DNA of 64,000 nt from a bacterium (GTDB lineage: Bacteria > Actinomycetota > Actinomycetes > Mycobacteriales > Jatrophihabitantaceae). The notes below the pieces were generated by a model. The model made no database searches, was not told the DNA's origin, and worked only from the letters and a program-made list of their open reading frames with translations. A program made the translations under genes and the position numbers. Shown in pieces: positions 60,467 to 64,000 of this stretch. The stretch is taken from contig JBDUAD010000001.1 of NCBI GenBank assembly GCA_040004775.1, forward strand, positions 27,453 to 91,452, in the 5' to 3' direction. Position 1 is the stretch's first letter, and each line of letters opens with the position of its first letter.

Positions 60467-60919
60467 CTAGTGCGCCGCCACCGGTGGCACGCGACCCTCG
60501 AACTTCGTCGACAGCACGACCGTGGTCCGGGTGCGGGCCACGCCGCGGATGCGGTTGAGCTCGCCGATCAGCTTCTCCAGCGCGGCGACGTCCGGCACGC
60601 GCGCCTTGACCACGTAGGACTCCTCGCCGGCCACGAACCAGCAGTCCTCGATGGAGGGCACGCCGGTCAGCGCGGCCATGATCGTGTCCTCGTCAGCCTC
60701 GTCGGACAGGAACACCCCGATCAGCGCGCTGATCGCGTAGCCGAGCGCTTCCGGCGCGATGGCCGCGTGGTAGCCGCGCAGCACTCCGGACGCCTCGAGC
60801 TTGGCCACCCGGTCGTGGGCCGACGGAGCGGACAGACCTACCGCCCGACCCAGTTCGGCATAGGTGGCGCGAGCGTTGTTGCGCAATGCGTCGAGCAGCA
60901 CGCGGTCCACGGCGTCCAT
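60467..60919 (-). CDS. Lrp/AsnC family transcriptional regulator
   Basis: ATG at 60919: MDAVDRVLLDALRNNARATYAELGRAVGLSAPSAHDRVAKLEASGVL. Confidence 0.9.
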   Translation of the reverse strand: MDAVDRVLLDALRNNARATYAELGRAVGLSAPSAHDRVAKLEASGVLRGYHAAIAPEALGYAISALIGVFLSDEADEDTIMAALTGVPSIEDCWFVAGEESYVVKARVPDVAALEKLIGELNRIRGVARTRTTVVLSTKFEGRVPPVAAH

Positions 60920-61068
60920 GCCCGCAGTCGACCCGATCACCACGGCCGCGTCAAATGGCCACCACCGTCGTCGTGCCCGAGCCACCAGGGGATGCCTTCG
61001 CCCACGATCGCGCCGATCGACGGGTCGCTCGCCCGGCGCGGGTGGGCCGAGCGTCCTACTGTGAGGGC

Positions 61069-61404
61069 ATGGCCATCGAGTTCGGCGCAATCCTGACGCT
61101 GGTGATGGTGGGCACGTGGCTCTTCGCGATCTTCGATGTCATTACCGCACCGGTCGATCAGATCCGCCTCATGCAGAAGCCGTTGTGGGTGCTGGTGGTC
61201 CTGCTCGGCTTCATCCTCGGAGCCGTCGCCTGGTTCGCCGTCGGACGCCCGCGCGCGTCCGAGCGCCCCGGCGGGTTCCCGCGCCCGGGTGGAAGTCCGC
61301 GCCCCGGTGGACGGTCGCGACCGATGGCTCCGGACGACGACCCGGAATTCCTGCGAACGTTGCGCAGCCGTCCCGACGACGGCACCCCGCCCGCCGGCGT
61401 CTGA
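61069..61404 (+). CDS. PLD-nuclease N-terminal (PLDc_N) domain small membrane protein
   Basis: ATG at 61069. WLFAIFDVITAP...QKPLWVLVVLLGFILGAVAWFAVGRP. Confidence 0.75.
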   Translation: MAIEFGAILTLVMVGTWLFAIFDVITAPVDQIRLMQKPLWVLVVLLGFILGAVAWFAVGRPRASERPGGFPRPGGSPRPGGRSRPMAPDDDPEFLRTLRSRPDDGTPPAGV

Positions 61405-61476
61405 CCCGAGCCTCGATCACCTACCTGGCGCGTGGAGTCCGCGGACTTCCCCCCGGTCCCAGGAAGTGGTTGCCGG

Positions 61477-62556
61477 TCAGTTCAGCCCGGCGTAGCTGTG
61501 CAGGCCGGAGACGACCATGTTCACCACGAAGAAGTTGAACGTCATCGCCGCGAAGCCGGCCAGGTTGATCCACGCCGCGCCGCGACCCTTCCAGCCCGCC
61601 GTCGCCCGGGCGTGCAGGTACGCCGCGTAGACCACCCAGCTGATGAACGCCCACGTCTCCTTGGGGTCCCAGCCCCAGTAGCGGCCCCACGCCGCCTCGG
61701 CCCAGATGGCGCCGCAGATGACCCCGAAGGTGAAGATCGGGAAGGCGAACGCCACGATGCGGTACGACGCCTTGTCCAGGCTCTGGGCCGACGGCAGCCG
61801 CTCGCCGACGGAGACCGGGAAGCGCGCGGGCCGGCCGGCGGCCACCGTCGCCGTGTACCGCATCTTGATCAGATAGAGGCCGGCGAGCACGGCCGACGTC
61901 ATCAGCATGCCCTCGCCACTGGCCGCGGCCGACACGTGGATGGCCAGCCAGTACGACTGCAGCGCCGGCACCAACGGTGAGGCCTGGGCGTAGAGGACGT
62001 TGCCGGCCAGGAACATGACCACGACGACCGGCACCAGCACGAACACGCCGAGGTAGCGCAGCTCGGGCATCCGCGCCAGCACGGCCAGCCAGGCGGCCAC
62101 GGCGATCAGCCCGACCACCATGGAGAACTCGTACATGTTGCCCCACGGCACGCGGTCGACCGCGGTGCCGCGCAGCACGATGGAGCTGAGGTGGATCACG
62201 AAGCCCACGACGGTGACGGCCACGGCCCCGGCGCCGGCCTGCTCGGCCCAACCGCGGCGGCTCGACCGTGTGGACGGGCTCGGAACCGCACGGGCCGGCG
62301 AGTCGTCGAAGGAGGAGTCCAGACCAGCGGGACCACCGGCGGTGGTGAGCACCCGAGTGCGCTGCGGAGCCGACGCCGCCGACACGCGCACCGGCTCGGC
62401 GGTCACCACAACGGTGCTGGTCCGCGCGATACGTCCGCGCCGGCCGAACGCGTACTCGGCGCAGTAGCCGACCAGAGCGACGGAGTAGGTGGCAATGGCC
62501 GTGGTGAACAGCGCGTCGGACAGATGGGCCATCGAATCGTTGACCGCCATCGTCAC
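61477..62556 (-). CDS. ccsB: Cytochrome c biogenesis protein CcsB/ResC (System II heme handling)
   Basis: WGRYWGWDPKETWAFISW (W-rich WWD motif). ATGA-type overlap with the resB stop. Confidence 0.9.
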   Translation of the reverse strand: MTMAVNDSMAHLSDALFTTAIATYSVALVGYCAEYAFGRRGRIARTSTVVVTAEPVRVSAASAPQRTRVLTTAGGPAGLDSSFDDSPARAVPSPSTRSSRRGWAEQAGAGAVAVTVVGFVIHLSSIVLRGTAVDRVPWGNMYEFSMVVGLIAVAAWLAVLARMPELRYLGVFVLVPVVVVMFLAGNVLYAQASPLVPALQSYWLAIHVSAAASGEGMLMTSAVLAGLYLIKMRYTATVAAGRPARFPVSVGERLPSAQSLDKASYRIVAFAFPIFTFGVICGAIWAEAAWGRYWGWDPKETWAFISWVVYAAYLHARATAGWKGRGAAWINLAGFAAMTFNFFVVNMVVSGLHSYAGLN

Positions 62557-64000
62557 GTCCTCCCTGCCGATGCGAGCCGCTCGCCCGCCGATCCGTCGTC
62601 GCTGGGTGCCGGCAGTTCGGCCGACGCTCGCACCCGCTGGGCCAGACCGGAGAACTCGGTGGCGAAGCTGCCCGAGTCGCTGCGGGCCAGGCCGCCGACC
62701 TCGACCACGCTACGACCGCCGGCGATCGGGCCTGACGCCGGGGCGGGCTCGGACCGGTCGGGGCGCACACGGATCCACACCCGCCGCCGACGCACGGCTA
62801 GCGAGCCGATCAGCCCGAGGACCATCGCCGAGGCCGAGATCAATAGGTAGCCCTGGCTCGGGTCGTGGGAGACCTGCAGCGAGGCCCACTGCTTCCACCC
62901 GTCGAAGCGGACCTTGACTCCGGACGGTGTGGTCAGCGTCTGGCCGACGAGCAGGTTCCTGCGGCCGATTTCCTTCAAACCGCCGTTGTCGAGCTGGTCG
63001 GCCGGCAGTGAGTACACCGAACGGGGAACACCGTTGTAGCCCAGGTCGCCGCGATAGGCGATGACGCCGAGCACCGGGTTCTTCGGCTGCGGGGCCTGCG
63101 ACGTGATGAGCCCTTGCGCGTTGACCACCGGCGACGGCGAGAAGAACGCGCTGATGCCGATGTCGTCGCGGTGGGTGCCGTTGGGCGACGCCTTGGCCTG
63201 CAGCGAGTACGCGCCCTCGCTCTGGTAGGTGGTGGGATCGGTCGGGATCAGCGGCGCGGTCTCGGTGCGGACGTCGCCGTCGGGCATCGTCACGGTGATC
63301 GTCGGGGCGAACCCGTGGCCGATGAGATACACCCGGTCGCCTTCGAGGCGCAGCGGGTGGTTGACCGTGATCGTGTGCCGCTCCGGAGCGCCGTTCACAC
63401 CGCGGGAGTAGACGATGTCGGCCGCGAAGGTCTCGGGCTCCCCGCTCGGCAGGTAGGAGGCCGTGAACTTGGTCAGCTCGTCCACGCAGAACGGCGCCAC
63501 CCGCCCGTCCTGGGTGAACCGGCCCGGACGCCACGAGTCGTACTGCTGCACGGTGTTGCAGAACCCGGTGCCCTCGGTGACGACGATCGAGGCGCTGTAG
63601 CCCCACAGCCGGCCGGTGGCGATGGCCACCAGCGAGAGCAGCAGGGCGATGTGGAAGATCAGGTTGCCGGTCTCGCGCAGATAGCCCTTCTCGGCCGAGA
63701 CGGTGACCACTCCGGCCGGTTCCCGCCGCACCTCGGTGCGCCATCGCCGGCCGAGGCCGGCCCGCACTCGTTCGGCCACCGTGGCCGGGTCGCCGACAGC
63801 CATTGACGTATCGGACTGCGGCAAGCGGGACAGATTGCGCGGAGCGGGCAGCGGCCGGGCGCGCACGCCCCGCAGGTGCAGGCGGATCCGCGGCACCAGG
63901 CACCCGACCAGCGAGATGGCCAGCAGCAGGTACACGGCGGCGAACCAGGCGGTGCCGAACACGTCGAACAAGCCGAACCGGTCGAGCAGCCGGCCCCAGG
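62553..64000 (-). CDS. resB: Cytochrome c biogenesis protein ResB/CcsA-partner, partial (5' end beyond window)
   Basis: ...FDVFGTAWFAAVYLLLAISLVGCLVPR, a large periplasmic domain and a C-terminal TM. The frame stays open to position 64000 (WGRLLDRFGLFDVF). Confidence 0.9.
   Translation of the reverse strand, partial: WGRLLDRFGLFDVFGTAWFAAVYLLLAISLVGCLVPRIRLHLRGVRARPLPAPRNLSRLPQSDTSMAVGDPATVAERVRAGLGRRWRTEVRREPAGVVTVSAEKGYLRETGNLIFHIALLLSLVAIATGRLWGYSASIVVTEGTGFCNTVQQYDSWRPGRFTQDGRVAPFCVDELTKFTASYLPSGEPETFAADIVYSRGVNGAPERHTITVNHPLRLEGDRVYLIGHGFAPTITVTMPDGDVRTETAPLIPTDPTTYQSEGAYSLQAKASPNGTHRDDIGISAFFSPSPVVNAQGLITSQAPQPKNPVLGVIAYRGDLGYNGVPRSVYSLPADQLDNGGLKEIGRRNLLVGQTLTTPSGVKVRFDGWKQWASLQVSHDPSQGYLLISASAMVLGLIGSLAVRRRRVWIRVRPDRSEPAPASGPIAGGRSVVEVGGLARSDSGSFATEFSGLAQRVRASAELPAPSDDGSAGERLASAGRT

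Overview
Very high-GC actinobacterial chromosome segment. All calls come from reading the supplied translations, manual translation of selected stretches and motif recognition; no searches were run. Most of the window is a conserved housekeeping backbone, syntenic with the M. tuberculosis Rv3659c-Rv3667 and Rv3600c-Rv3628 neighbourhoods. This backbone covers: a Tad-type ATPase plus ssd-like gene, a HAD hydrolase and acs; coaX-nadC-nadB-panC; the folK-folB-folP-folE-ftsH-hpt-tilS block; a Zn-protease, dacB and ppa. Further on lie menG, a glycosyltransferase plus glf, ndh, an inositol monophosphatase and ccsB/resB. Between these blocks sit accessory stretches: TetR/MFS efflux modules, a PadR module, a CDF/ArsR metal-efflux pair ending in an IS21 istB remnant, a gene-decay zone at 42.6-44.7 kb, and a multiply disrupted reverse-transcriptase gene. 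The strongest candidate for something undescribed is a translationally coupled three-gene operon on the minus strand (35171 to 32645). It encodes a 92-aa acidic Gly/Asp-rich peptide built of three LEGPADGGA...DGGADGG units, then a JmjC/cupin ribosomal-oxygenase-like protein, then a sucrase/ferredoxin-like [2Fe-2S] protein. Other points worth a second look: the 336-bp gap syntenic with the mycobacterial Ms1/MTS2823 6S-like sRNA locus; in-frame 15/24-nt tandem arrays in several backbone genes; and candidate palindromic operators for the TetR, PadR and ArsR regulators. No tRNA, rRNA or CRISPR array was seen. Many long ORFs in the track are antisense shadows or upstream read-through extensions typical of high-GC DNA, and starts were trimmed accordingly.
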